From Felis catus (Eukaryota), in NCBI RefSeq assembly GCF_018350175.1, contig NC_058369.1, positions 12,092,001 to 12,156,000 of the forward strand: a stretch of DNA of 64,000 nucleotides. The letters are read 5' to 3'. Of this stretch, positions 38,331 to 50,590 are shown one piece after another. The position numbers and the translations under genes are program-made. Below the pieces are notes generated by a model. That model made no database searches. It saw nothing but the letters and a program-made list of their open reading frames with translations, and was not told where the DNA came from. Numbering within the stretch: position 1 is the stretch's first letter; the number at the start of each line of letters is the position of its first letter.

Positions 38331-39430
38331 AGGGCTCAGTACTGTTCCATCATTGCAACTTTCACCTGCCTAGGACCCGAGTTCAAATCTTCGCTCCACC
38401 ACTGCGACCACGTGATATTGTTCTTTCCCCCGCCAGGCATCCTGCTTCTCCCGGTGGCAACACCCAGTTCTCCTTCCAGGAATCACCCTCGCGTCCCGGC
38501 CGGTGGGTCTGTCAACCCCAGAGCCCCGGACTCCTCGGGATTTGGTGGGGCGTGGGGAGGAGGTAGAATCGGGGGAAGCAGAGACAACCCCTCCAGCTAA
38601 GAAAATCCCCATGGACAAGGCAGGCCTGAGATCCACTTACAGGGAGCGGAGGGGAGAGGGCGGCCTTGGTAGCTGCCGTGGACTCCTAAGTCAGTGAGAT
38701 TTTAAATCTGTTTTTGCCCAGAAATAGCCGGACGGATCTTAGGACAGGAATGACAAAGAACCTGTGTTTAGAGCCGCGCGCTGAGTGTCTGGGCAGCTGG
38801 CAGCGTTTAGCCTGGCGCGGACGATCGAAAGCAAGTGTGCAGTTACGGGCGTGTTCAAAAATACGGCTGCGAAGCGGCAAGCTCGGGGCTGGGCCATGCG
38901 CCCTGTAATTCTCTTTCCAAATAAAAGGCAGAACTATTCCTGGCTCGGCTTGGGGACTTCTGTGGCTGCCGGGGCTCCAAGGAGGCCAGCCTGGAATGCG
39001 AGGCATGGCCCGCGCCCTGCCAGGCCGGGGCCTCCGCTGCCTGGGAGTTTACATTTGGAGCCTGTCATTGTAAGACTTTTTAATTAAAATGTTATTCCCG
39101 CAGGGGCCGAGCAAGGCTGCTCCAGCCCGGGACCCCTTCCCCAGGAGACCCACGGGCTTGCGGCTTACGCGTCGGGCGTGTGTGATGTTTGGCAGCTTGA
39201 GTCAATTTTGAGCTATTTGTGGAGGGGATAAAAAAAAAAAAACACATAAAACCAAACATTGTTTGATGTTCGCCAAATATAGCATTTTTGCATTTCTATA
39301 AGCGAAGCCCTGATTTTAGAAAATAACGTATTTGATCAGCCGTACGGGGGCGGGGGGGGGGGGGCGGGGGATGGAAGCCTGCTACAACCCAAGGGAACCT
39401 CAACACTGTTACTATTATCAAAAGAAGCCA

Positions 39431-39655
39431 GGGGCGCCTGGGTGGCTCCAGCTGGGTTAGGCATCTGACTCTTGATCTCCGCTCAGGTCGTGATCTCGCA
39501 GTTTGTGGGTTCGGGTCCCGTGTCGGGCTCTGTGCTGACCCCGCAGAGCCTGCTTGGGATTCTCTTCCTCTACCTCTCTCTCTCTCTGCCCCTCCATGCT
39601 CATTCTCTCTCTCTCTCTCTCTCTCCCTCTCTCAAAAATAAACAAACATTAAGAA
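39431..39655 (+). mobile_element. Can-SINE with TSD aaaagaagcca
   Basis: Head at 39431; TSD on both sides. Confidence 0.92.
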
Positions 39656-40472
39656 AAAAGAAGCCAGACACAAAAGGCCTCGTGTTATATAGTCGCATTT
39701 ATACGAAATGTCCAGGGATGGGGGGGAGATGGGTGCTTGCCAGCTAGGATACGTGTCGGCGGGAGGTGCGGGTTCCTCTCCTCTGGCTTTTGGCCACCAG
39801 ACCTGTCGCCGCCCATTCCTGCAAACTGGCGCAAACGCGGCTCTTAGATCAGGGCTGCTCCAGAGACCAGCCAAATGCACCTGAGCTTTTGCCGAGGTGG
39901 GTGAGGGGGCCAGTGGGGCAGAGGAGAAGGGGCAGTCCCGGGACCCTCCGCCCCAGGCCCGCACCCCACACCCTCCCCCTGCCTCCCCCCCCCCACAGGG
40001 GGTCTGCCCGCCCTGGCCCCCCCGCCTCAGCCACGGATGCCTCCAGTCAGCTCAAACCCCCGTTCTGAAGCTGGGGTGCTGCTTTCAGAAGTTCTAGTGC
40101 CCACCTCATACCCAGAGATCTGGCTTAACCGGGCTGTGGGTGCGAGGGGGAACCAAGGCTCCGTTCTGCAACATTTTATTCTGAAAAAATGTGCAACCTA
40201 CAGAAACGGTTCCAGAATGATACGACGAACATCTGTCTATCCTGCATCCAGACCCACAGACTTAACAAGTTACCTCTCTCTCTCTCTCTCCCAATACAAT
40301 GACAATTAATAGACAGTTAATATCAATATATCAATGTTTCCATGAACATAGACATACAATGACTATAAATGCAATTAACGCACAATTAATATAAATATAT
40401 CAATTTTTATATAAATATACATGCCAGGGATAGAAATGGTGTATTCACATAGCTTATATATTAACATACATT

Positions 40473-40865
40473 TGTATTCGTCTGCCAGGCCGCCACAGCA
40501 AAATACCACCCCCCTACCGACCAGGTGTCCTCTCTGCAGGCTGGAAGTCGAAGGTCAAGGCCTTGGCGGGATTGGTTTCTCCTGAGTCCTGTCTCCTTGG
40601 TGGGCAGACGGCCACCCTCTTGCTGGGCTCTGCACATCTTTCCTCTGAGGGCACACCCATCCCCTATGTCCTCTTTCTGTGTCTGTGTCCCCTTTCTCTT
40701 CTAAGGACACCAGTCAGATCAGACGAGGGCCCACTCTACGGCCTGATTTTACCTTAGTCACCTCATTCAAGGCCCAGTCTCTAGACAGTCACATTCTAAG
40801 GTGCTGGGGGATGGTAGGACTTCAACGTATGAGTTTGGGTGCAAGGGTAGGAATATTCAGTCCGT
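40473..40865 (-). mobile_element. MaLR LTR (MLT1B/C-like)
   Basis: caaaataccac...ggctggaagtcgaaggtcaagg...taaggacaccagtca...cagtcacattct. Confidence 0.78.
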
Positions 40866-40922
40866 AATAATATAATATAACATAACATAATATAATATAA
40901 TATAATATAATAATATAATATA
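40865..40922. repeat. (ATAAT)n microsatellite
   Basis: Tandem ataat/ataac units. Confidence 0.9.
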
Positions 40923-40934
40923 CCATTTTTAATT

Positions 40935-41141
40935 CTTTTAAAAAATGTTTATTTATTTTGAGAATGAGAGAGAGAGAGAGCAGGGGAGGGTCAGAAAGAG
41001 AAGAAGAGAGAGATTCCCGAGCAGGCTCCACGATGTCACCGCAGAGCCCAATGCAGGACTCGAACCCACAAACTGTGAGATCATGACCTGAGCCGAGATC
41101 AAGAGTCGGACGCGAACCTGACGGAGCCGCCCAGGCGCCCC
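40935..41141 (-). mobile_element. Can-SINE with TSD tataataccatttt
   Basis: Full antisense copy; TSD on both sides. Confidence 0.92.
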
Positions 41142-41281
41142 GATATAATACCATTTTGAGCCATTTGAAGGTGCCCTGCAGACGTCACTCTCCATGACTC
41201 CTGAGAACCACGAGATTCTCCCACACAACCCCCAGACAAATGTCACGCTCCCCGAGTTTCACACTGAAAAATGACTCATCT

Positions 41282-41511
41282 GGGGCACCTGGGTGGCTCA
41301 GTCGGTTAAGCATCCGACTTCGGCTCAGGTCGTGATCTCACAGTCCGTGAGTTCGAGCCCCGCATCGGGCTCTGTGCTGATGGCTCGGAGCCTGGAGCCT
41401 GCTTCGGATTCTGTGTCTCCCTCTCTCTCTGCCCCTCCCCTACTCATGCTCTGTCTCTCTCTGTCTCAAAAATAAATAAACGTTAAAAAAAAATTTTTTT
41501 TTTTAAAAAAA
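41282..41511 (+). mobile_element. Can-SINE (SINEC_Fc-like) with TSD gaaaaatgactcatct
   Basis: TSD at 41266-41281 and 41512-41527. Confidence 0.95.
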
Positions 41512-41564
41512 GAAAAATGACTCATCTACGGTTGTCACATAACCCTAACCTCCCCGGTAATACC

Positions 41565-41905
41565 TGCCAGGGTTTGAACGTTTGAGTCCCCCTAAAATTC
41601 ACATGTTGCAACCCCAGCCCCAGTGAGATAGTGTGAAGAGGTGGGGCCTTTGAGGGTGATCGGGTCCTGAGGATTGGAGCCCCATGAAGGGAATCGGGGC
41701 GCTTATCAGAGGGACCCCAGAGCGCTCCCTTGTCCCGTCTGGCATGTGAGGACACGGCAGGGGGCGGCATCTGTGAACCAAGGAGAGGGTTCCCACCAAA
41801 CACCAAATCTACCAGCACCTCGATCTTGAACTGTGAGAAGTTTTGGTTCACAAGCCACCCTGTATCCCGTACTCTGTTACCGCTGCCCAAACAGACCAGG
41901 ATGGC
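41565..41905 (+). mobile_element. MaLR LTR (MLT1A-like)
   Basis: tgaacgtttgagtccccctaaaattcacatgttg...gaggtggggcctttg...aagccacccTgtat...gcccaaacagac. Confidence 0.8.
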
Positions 41906-42944
41906 AACTTTTTCTTTTCTCACTCAGGGTCCCATCCAGACTCACCTGCCGCCTTCGTTCTCCTGTCTCCCTTCCTCGGGAGCGGTGTCCCAGCCTTCCC
42001 GTGTCTTTCGAGACACTCGTATTTTTGGAGAGTCCAGGCAGTTGTTTCCAAGAACAGCCCCCCCCCCACCCCCGGGGGGTTGGCCTGTTGGTTCCTTGTA
42101 ACCGGGTCCGGACTGTGCATCTCAGGGTGGGACCCACAGAAGTGACGCATGCGTGGCCCCTGGGGTTGGCTTGCCCCGTGCCCGGTGATGTTACTTGTGC
42201 TCGCTTGGGCCAGGTGGTGGAATCATCGGTCTTAAAGACTCCCCAGGGCACGGGAACATTCCGGTAGAGCCGGAGACAACAGCCTTAGATCCCTTCTCTT
42301 CGCTGCACGTGCAGAGAAGTTGCAAAGCCCTGTTTGACTCGAGCTTCCTTACCCACCTTGGGACTTCCTCACCCTGGCGTCGTGTCTGGCCAGCTGAAAA
42401 GGAGCCAGCGGAACCCAGGCATGGCTCAAACTCATCCCTAGCCCTGAGGAGGTTCACAAAGGGGGCCAGGTGAGGACGGGTGGGATGCATTCTTGGAGGG
42501 CTCCCTGGAGAAGGAGACCTGTCAGCTATGCCTACAAGTGGCTGCACCCAGTGCGATCCCAGGATCCCAGGCTCTTGCCAAAAGGTCTATAGGAACCTCC
42601 TTCTGAGCTCATCCAGCGGGACAGCCCAGGGGTTCACTGCCACTCCCTCCCCCATCCAGGGGCTCATGTTGACTCTCCCCATCAGAAACTCATGGCGCTT
42701 TCCCAGATTTGCAGTCTGAACCAACCGCAGGCCAGTGTGTTTGGTGGCCTTGGAGGGAGAGAGAGGGGCTATTTTTGGGTTCTGAGGGCTGTAATTCCTT
42801 CTGCGCAGAGAAAGCCTGGTGGGAAGGGAGCGGGAAGAGAGATGACTAGCTTCCCTCATGCAAGCTCAGTTCACCCGTCTGCTAAAGGGGTGAGCACCTC
42901 ACACCTCGCAGGAGGGACGCTGGGCAGAAAAAGTCCATCCCAGA

Positions 42945-43160
42945 GTCAGCCCGTGGGTGTCTCCCCTTCTGCCTCCAGGGGATACTGGCTGATGCCTCAA
43001 GGCGTCTTGGGTTATCACCACTGGCAGGGGGTACTCCTGGCACATGGTGGTGGAGACCAGGGACACTGCTCAGCTCCCTACAGGGTACAGAACGGCCCCG
43101 CCAAAGAGAGATCCAGCCCCAAATGTCAGCGGTGGTGGGGGGGCGAGAACCTACTGGAGA
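42945..43160. mobile_element. hAT-Charlie MITE (MER20-like); a second fragment lies at ~43615-43800
   Basis: ggagaccagggacactgctcag...cagccccaaatgtcag...gagaacc. Confidence 0.7.
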
Positions 43161-43233
43161 AAAATATTGTCTCTCTCTCATGCATCCAGATGACTGCCAT
43201 GTAGGTGGCGTTGCGATTTAAAATATGATTTGG

Positions 43234-43450
43234 GGGGCGCCTGGGTGGCTCAGTCGGTTAAGCGTCCAACTTCAGCTCAGGTCATGATCTCACGGTTCGT
43301 GGGTTCGAGCCCCGCGTCGGGCTCTGTGCTGACAGCTCGGAGCCTGGAACCTGCTTCGGATTCTGTGTCTCCCTCTGTCCCTCTCCCGACTCGCGCTCTG
43401 TTTCTGTCTCTCTCTCTCAAAAATAAATTAACTTTAAAAAAATAAAAAAT
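43234..43450 (+). mobile_element. Can-SINE (SINEC_Fc-like)
   Basis: Consensus head and body; TSD-like taaaat(a/g)tgatt. Confidence 0.93.
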
Positions 43451-44064
43451 AAAATGTGATTCAGTGTTACATGCAGGTATGTGTCTTACATTATTCCTAA
43501 CAATGGTGAAACACTGGAAGCAGCTGAGGCAGGGAAACAGAATATATATACAAAATATATGCAATGATATATTCATAAAATTGAACGTTAAACTGCTTTT
43601 AGAAAAATGAAGTGTTCTAGCAAATCTCACCCAGGGGCAGTTTTACTCCCAGGGGGATACCGTCACCCCGCCACCCCCGGAAGGAGGGCAGGTGCAGATC
43701 ACTGGCATCTGGTGGGGGGCGACCAAGAATGCTGTTTGGCACCCAGAGAATGATCCAGTCCCAGATGTCAGCAGCGCTGAGGTTGAGAATTCCTGGACTA
43801 AGGGAGCCATCGGAGGGGGACATCTGAGCTGAGGTCCTAACGTGCCCCCTGAGGGATATTTGCAAGCCCCACCTGGCACCGGCCACGGTTGATGTTCACA
43901 CTCTGGGGCAAAATGATCTGGCAGGGGAGGAAGCAGGAGGCTGGCCTCGGCACGGAGGGATACAGAGGCTGAGACAGAGGATCGGCTGGGGATACAAGGA
44001 GAAATTATATGTCGCATGTCACAAAAGACTATTCCTCTTAATATTTTTCAACTATGAAAAAATT

Positions 44065-44250
44065 GGGGCGCCTGGGTGGCTCAGTTGGTTAAGCGTCCAA
44101 CTTCAGCTCAGGTCATGATCTCACGGTTCGTGGGCTCGAGCCCCGCATCGGGCTCTGCGCTGACAGCGGGAGCCTGCTTGGGAGCCTCTCTCTCTCCTCT
44201 CTCTGCCCCTCCTGCCTTTTCTCTCTCAAAATAAATAAGCTTAAAAAAAA
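44065..44250 (+). mobile_element. Can-SINE
   Basis: Consensus head, CT tract and A tail. Confidence 0.92.
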
Positions 44251-44254
44251 TGTA

Positions 44255-44845
44255 AACACCATTCTTATCAGGGAGTGACAGCCGAGGGGTGCGGGGCTCC
44301 TTTTGGGGGTGATGAAAATGATCTAAAACCAGTTGCGTGTTGGATGTAGAGCTCTGTGAATAGACCCAACAATCATCCAACCGGACGATCTAAGTGGGTG
44401 AAATTGTACGGTGTGTGGATCGCTCCTCAATAAAGCTGTTATAAAAAGAAAAAACACAATAGCCAAAGGTAGAAACAACCCAAATGCCTGTCGATGGGTG
44501 AAGGAATGAGCCAGATGTGCTCCATCCATGCAGTGTGATCTTATATTCGGCCACAAAAAGAAGGAAATTCTGACACATGATACAATGTGGATGCACATTG
44601 AGGAGATTATGCTGAGTGAATAAGCCAGTCACAAAAAGAAAATGCTGTATGATCTCACTAATACGAGGTCCCCAGAGGAGTCAGATTCATAGAGACAGGA
44701 AGTAAGTCGGTGGGCGCCAGGGCCTGGGGGAGGGGACGCGGAGTTAGTGTCCGATGGGGACCGAATTCCAGTTTGGCACTTCCCCCAAAAAACTTGTTAC
44801 AAAGGTAAATTTCGTTCTGTGTATTTTACCACCGTTAAAATAGAA
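44255..44845 (+). mobile_element. L1M 3' end relics
   Basis: caatagccaaaggtagaaacaacccaaatg...aaggaaattctgacacatg...attatgctgagtgaataagccagtcacaaaa. Confidence 0.82.
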
Positions 44846-45861
44846 GAAGGAAGCAAACATTCTCAGCCCGCAGGCTGTACACAGACAGGCGGCAAGCCAG
44901 ATTTGGCCCCCGGGCCAGAGTTTGCAGACCCCTGGGCCGGCCCACACAGAGGGGCCAAGGGAAACTTACCCCCAAGGCAACACCGGGTGAGGGTGCACCT
45001 GTTCCGGGAAGGGCAACAGGTGCCCTGGCCGCGGTGAGCCTGGGGTCTAGGGAGATGCCAACAGGCTGAGTGCCAGGCTCCGGGGATAGAGAAGGGATGA
45101 TGAGTGAGGGGGCATGGACAAAAATGGAGTGGGGGGGCTGCTGGCAATAAAATCCGCGCGTTTTGATAAGCCACGGCCAGGGGGCCATGGATGAGAAGCC
45201 AAAAGATGCTGGCCGGTCCCCTGGGCCCCAGGAGCTGACCCATGGAAAGCAGCCAGACCCTTGGGCTCTCCCCGCTGGAGAGTGGCTCAGCCACACCCCA
45301 GCCTCAACCCCTCCAAGGGCCACCCCCCTTCGCCTTCAAGTCACATCCAGGCTCTCAGTCCCCAGGCACAGCCGCCCGGTCCTGCGTGAGCGGGCCCCAG
45401 TGTTCGCACATGCTGTTCCCCCGCAGGGACTGACCGCCCGTCTCTCTCCCCATCTCAGCTCCACGTGTCAGAGTCCATTTTGGGGGCTGCTGTTTCCCCT
45501 CCCCCGGCCCTGCACGGACTTCCCCAGCTGGGTGTCCATGTTGCGTTTTTTCTTCCCAGACTCAGGGCCCCTCAGGCGTGGGCCCGATGGAGTTGAGTCT
45601 TTCCAGGGGCCCCGGCCGCACGCAGCCAAAGCCCGAGGGTTTGCTGGAGGGCTTCAGTAGCCTACGGCGAAGGCTCAGGGCCCGGCACAGGGAAGTGTGA
45701 AGCCAGGTGGCCGAGCTCAGTGCCGGGGGAAGCAGGGGGGCAGGTGGACGGGCAGAGCTAGCTACGAGAGGGTGAGGTGTCCCGGGCGGCAGGCCCCAAC
45801 CCGGGGGACCAGAAATGGCTGTAGGCTTGGAAGCTACATGGGATAAGAATTTAGGCGTGCC

Positions 45862-46061
45862 TTTTATTTTTTTTAAATGCTTATTTATCTGTTTTGAGAA
45901 AGAGGGTGGGGAGGGGCAGAGACAGAAGGAGAGAGAGAATCCCAAACAGACCCTGAGCTGTCAGCTCAGAGCCCGACGCGGGACTCGATCTCACAAGTGT
46001 GAGATCACGACCTGAGCCAAAATCAAGTCGGACGCTTAACCGACTGAGCCACCCAGGCACC
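45862..46061 (-). mobile_element. Can-SINE
   Basis: Antisense full copy ending cgactgagccacccaggcacc. Confidence 0.92.
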
Positions 46062-47239
46062 TTAGATGCACCTTTCAAACTAGCTCCGAGCCAAGGGCCC
46101 CTTGTCCCTATTGAGATGAGGCCCCACACCAAGGCTCATGCCGTCTGTGGGGTTCTGGGGCCGGGAGCTGGCGGGGAGAGGATCTGATCCCCACTACTGC
46201 CCGAGGCATCTCTTCTAACTCGTGTTATGATCTTTTATAACCCAGCCTCACCTCCCTGGATTTCCCTCTGACACACTGAACACCCCCTATTTCCCAAATT
46301 TTCTAAGTTCTCGATTCCGGGCCTTTGCCTGTGCTGTGCCCTCTGTGCGGTGTGGCCACGCTCCCCGCCCCCAGACACAGCCCCTGCCTCCCCTCTGGGC
46401 ACCTCCAGCACTGGGGTCCTTCCAGCTCTGACTCCACAGGCCCGGGAGTGTCTGTGTCCAGTTCTGTGTCCCCCAGTCTGGGACCCCCCGCCCATGCCAG
46501 GTCCTCACTTAAAATAGCCCCGTGTCCCCACTGAACAGTACCTGTCCTAGAGAAGGTGTTGACGAACGTGTATCCAGTGACAAGTGGGAGAGGCAAGGGT
46601 TAGCCGCTGGAAGATGGCCATCCTTCCTCCCATCCCGACCCGGGAGGAGTCCTGTGAGGCCAGTCCCCAGGCTCCTTCCTCCGTTCTGCAGCCACATCCC
46701 GCAGCCGCCTTTACAGAGAGACCCTCTCCTTTTCCTCTCCCATACCTCTCCTCAACCCCACTTGGGTCACCCCTCCTCCCTGCCCCCGGCCCTCAGGGGT
46801 CCTCCAGCTCTCCCATGGGGGTTCTCTCTGGGCTCCCAGCCTCATTCAAGTCCAGATCCAGGCCCTAGAGGCATCTCCCCAACACACAGACCCAACCAGC
46901 TTCCTCCTCTTCTCTCACACCTCTCATGGCTCCCTACTGACCACAGAATGAAGTCTGAGCTCCACTTCTCACATGAGGTCCCTGGGTCCCAGTTTCCTCA
47001 CCGGGTTCCCCTTCACAGGGCTGCAGGAGGATCACAGAGGGTAGGAGGCAAGCAGGACCGGGCCCACGAAGGACCCCTGTTCCTTCTGTCACAGACATCT
47101 GAGCATTCGCCGGGCTGGTGCTTCTCAGAATTGCTGATGTTTGGGGTCAGATCATTCTCTGTGATGGATACATGGATGTTGGATGATAGATGGACAGAGA
47201 GACAGATGGAAACAGACAGCAGACAGGGTCTCTCTCATG

Positions 47240-47420
47240 CTAGGGCAGGGTTTCTCACCCCGTTACTGCCGACACTGGGGCCTCCATCATCGTCTGCGGT
47301 GGGGACCGTCCTGTGCACCGCAAGGTGCTGAGTGGCATCCCTGGTCTCTGCCCCCTCGATGCGAGTAGCTCCCCGCCAACCCTCAGTTGTAACAACCAAA
47401 AACGTCTCCAGACATTGCTG
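47240..47420. mobile_element. MER20-like hAT MITE
   Basis: cagggtttctca...gtcctgtgcac...gcatccctgg...agttgtaacaaccaaaaacgtctccagacattgc. Confidence 0.8.
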
Positions 47421-47837
47421 CAGAATCACCTGACTCAGGGAAATGTCTTCGGACGGGGGTGACAAAGTCCCATCTGAGACAAAACCACAAAGAAGGAAAC
47501 AGTGGAACAGGTGACCCCAGGAGGTGACGTCAAAAGAGAGGGAACAAGGGGGCAGAAGCTTCTCTGAGGGCTTCTCAGCAGCCCGAGCAGAGAGGCCCGG
47601 AGGCACAGAGGGAGGGGCTGCTTATGAGGGTCCCCCCGCCCCCGGGAGAGAAGCTCCCTTCCAGTGCGGACTGGGGTGGGGGCCTCATACCCACTCGTCT
47701 TGCACCCATAGACTTTGGGCAAGTCACTGGACTCTCCAAGCCTCAGTTTCTCCATCTGCATAAGGAAGGGTCCTCCTGTGCCCCAAGTTCCTCTGGATAC
47801 TGGCGGCTGTCACAGCACAAGGGGTGGGTTATCTAGA

Positions 47838-48255
47838 TTTTTAAAGTTTATTTTTTGAGAGACAGGGTGTGAGTGGGGGAGGGGCAGAGAGCGAGGGAGA
47901 CCCAGAACCCAAAGGAGGCTCCAGGCTCCGAGCTGTCGGCACAGGGCCTGATGTGGAGCTGGAACCCACAAACCGTGAGATGGTGACCTGAATCAAATTC
48001 GGACACTTTAAGCGACTGCGCCACTCACACGCCCCCTAGACTTTAGAGAATAGGTGCGCCCGGGTGGCTCAGTCGGTTGAGCGCCCAACTCTGGATACCA
48101 GCTCAGGTTGTGATCTCGAGGTAGTGAGATCGAGCCCGGTGTTGGGCTCTGCACTGAGCTCAGAGTCTCCCTCTCCCTCCGTCTTTCCCCAGCTTGCACG
48201 TGCTCGCTCGCTCTCTCTCTCAAAATAAATTAAAAAGCATAAAAAAAAAAAAAAA
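47838..48255. mobile_element. Head-to-head Can-SINE pair (- 47838-48036; + 48053-48255)
   Basis: Two divergent heads 16 bp apart. Confidence 0.88.
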
Positions 48256-48629
48256 CCCTAAAAACCAAAACAAACAAAGCCAACCAAAACAAGGAACGAA
48301 ACCAAAGTCTCTGCCCAGTGCCCCACGGCTGGTAAATGACAGAGGGCGGATTTGAACCCCGTTCTGGGTTCCCGCCCGCATCCCGCTCCCTCCCGGACAG
48401 AAACCGCCACGGCGCACGGGAGACCGTGGGAAGAAGAGCACGTCAAGCCTGCACAGGGGTGTCGAGGGGCCTCTGTCTCAGGGCACCTTTGCTCCGCGCC
48501 TTCTGCCAAATTGCCCCCAAGCAAGCATGAATTAGTCTGCCTCCGAGGGACTCGTTTCCAAGGTGAAAATGACGCGACATTGACAAAAACAAGGTCTTCC
48601 AAATCCCAGCCTTAAAGTGATGTTGAATC

Positions 48630-48886
48630 ACGAAGTCCCTCCGTCAGCAGATGAATGGAGAAGACGGAGGAAGGATGGGCCCGTGCAGTGGAATATTATT
48701 CACCATACAAAGGAGTGGAGCCCTGACTGGTGCTGCCTGGTGGGGGGCTCTCGACAACGTCGTGTGCAGGGACAGAAAAGAGACACGAAAAGCCACCTAC
48801 TGCACTATCCCATTTGTGGGACACATCGAGAACAGACAAATCCACAGAGGCTGCCAGGGGCTGGGGGAGCAGGACGGATCGGGTGG

Positions 48887-48931
<45 letters not shown>

Positions 48932-49105
48932 GGGCGGTGACAGCTCGCGGGGACGGGGCTTCCTTCCAGAGTCATGAAAATGTTCTGGAACAGGACAGAG
49001 GTGGTGGTTGCACAACACAGTGAACCTACCAAATGCCACTGAAGTTTCCACTTTAAAATGGCTAATTTTATGTTATGTGAATTTCACCTCAATAAAAATA
49101 CTTGG
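48630..49105 (+). mobile_element. L1MB-like 3' end containing a 43-nt poly-G run (48888-48930)
   Basis: cagatgaatgga...ggaatattattca...gaaaatgttctggaa...ctttaaaatggctaattttatgttatgtgaatttcacctcaat. Confidence 0.82.
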
Positions 49106-49449
49106 ATAAAAATAAAAAAAAAAAAAAACAACAACAGAAGCCTAGAAAAATCCACCAATGCAAGCATTTGTCTACCCAGCTGGGGGCGGGGGGTGGGTAC
49201 AGGTGGGCACATGCCTTTTTTTTTTTTTTTTTTTGCGGGGAAGGACGATGGAGTCAGGGGGCCCCAGCCTGGGAGTCCTGTGCACAGTCTTGGCCAATTT
49301 GCCAGCCCTCTGGGGGCCGTGCTCGGGCTGGCGGGGGTGCAGGGTTCTGAAGGCTTTTCTGTCAGGGCTTTGAAAGGGGGCCAGGTTTTTTCCCCGGAGC
49401 CGAGCAGTCTTGGGCCTGTTGTTCTCAGCAATCTCGGGGCCGCGTGTTA

Positions 49450-49580
49450 GCAGGAAACACAGCCAAGTAGGGCTTCCTGCGCGTCGGAGAGAGGAAGCTC
49501 CGTAATGTTCTGGAAGGCCGGGTTAAAAATAACCCCGGTATATAAAGACAGTGGAGGGTCCCCTCTCTCCCTCACTCGCG
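49450..49580 (+). promoter_or_regulatory. Candidate promoter/enhancer: ETS cores, perfect MEF2 site, TATA box
   Basis: CAGGAAA 49451, CTTCCTG 49473, GGTTAAAAATAACC 49521-49534, TATATAAA 49539-49546 within a CpG-rich unique patch. Motif evidence only. Confidence 0.5.
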
Positions 49581-50590
49581 CGCAGGCCGGCTGGACGCAG
49601 GGCCGAGCAGGTGGTTTGGGGCCCGAGGCGGGCCAAACCCCCGTCCCGAGCCGGGGGCTGGGGGAAACCTCAGCCAAGCTCAGAGTCCCGACGCTGCTGG
49701 CTTCCAGAACTTAGGCAGAGTCCGGGACACCGTGGGTGTTCCTGTTTTAATCGCTTTTCTTCTAACAGAGAATGCAACCCCCCAGGCGCTATCAGGGGAC
49801 AGGAACTCTGCTGAGCTGTGATTCTGGCGGAGTGTGGCAGTGGCGTCCACGGCTCACACAGGCTGGGGGGGGCCCCGACGGCCAGGGTTTGAATCCTGGC
49901 TCCGCCATTCAACTCTGGATCCCCATCTCCTCATCTGCGAAATGGGACTAACAGTAGTTCCCACGTTGTTGCCAACGCTAAACACGCAGAACAGAAGAGC
50001 CCTGGTGCGTGTTTTATAGGAGGCCGAGCCGTCACTGTGACTTATCATCAGCCATATATTATCTCATTTAACCTGCACATCCGTTCTAGTATCGCCCCAC
50101 CACCCCCTTACCCCGCCCCCCCCCCACCCCCATAATTCGAGGATAGGCGTCATGTGTTGGCACGGTGACACAACACTGCAGGGCCCGGTTGTCCCCGGAG
50201 TTTTTTTCGGAGCCTGCGGAGATAACACCTCCGGAAATGATGCCTTGCCTGCCTCACCCTATCCCAGCCCTGATGAAAAGTCACAGAGATTTGAACCAAG
50301 TTCTTCCTACCTTGAAGGCTCGTGCTTTTTCTGTTCCATCCTTACAAGTTAAACTTTCGAGAGTCAGGAGGGCACATTGGGGAGGTAGACGATCATTGCC
50401 CATAGTGGGCAGATTTTCCGTGTTCTGAGCCGGGCAAGGTCACCTTCTCAGCAGGGGCTGTCATTGCCATCAGAACGGTGAAGAGAATAGGAACCCGCCG
50501 CTACCTGAACTTTAGGACAAACCCAACGCCAGGGCTTGGGGGTCCTCGTTCTGGGCTGAGCCACATCGATGAGAAAAATAAGCCACAAAT

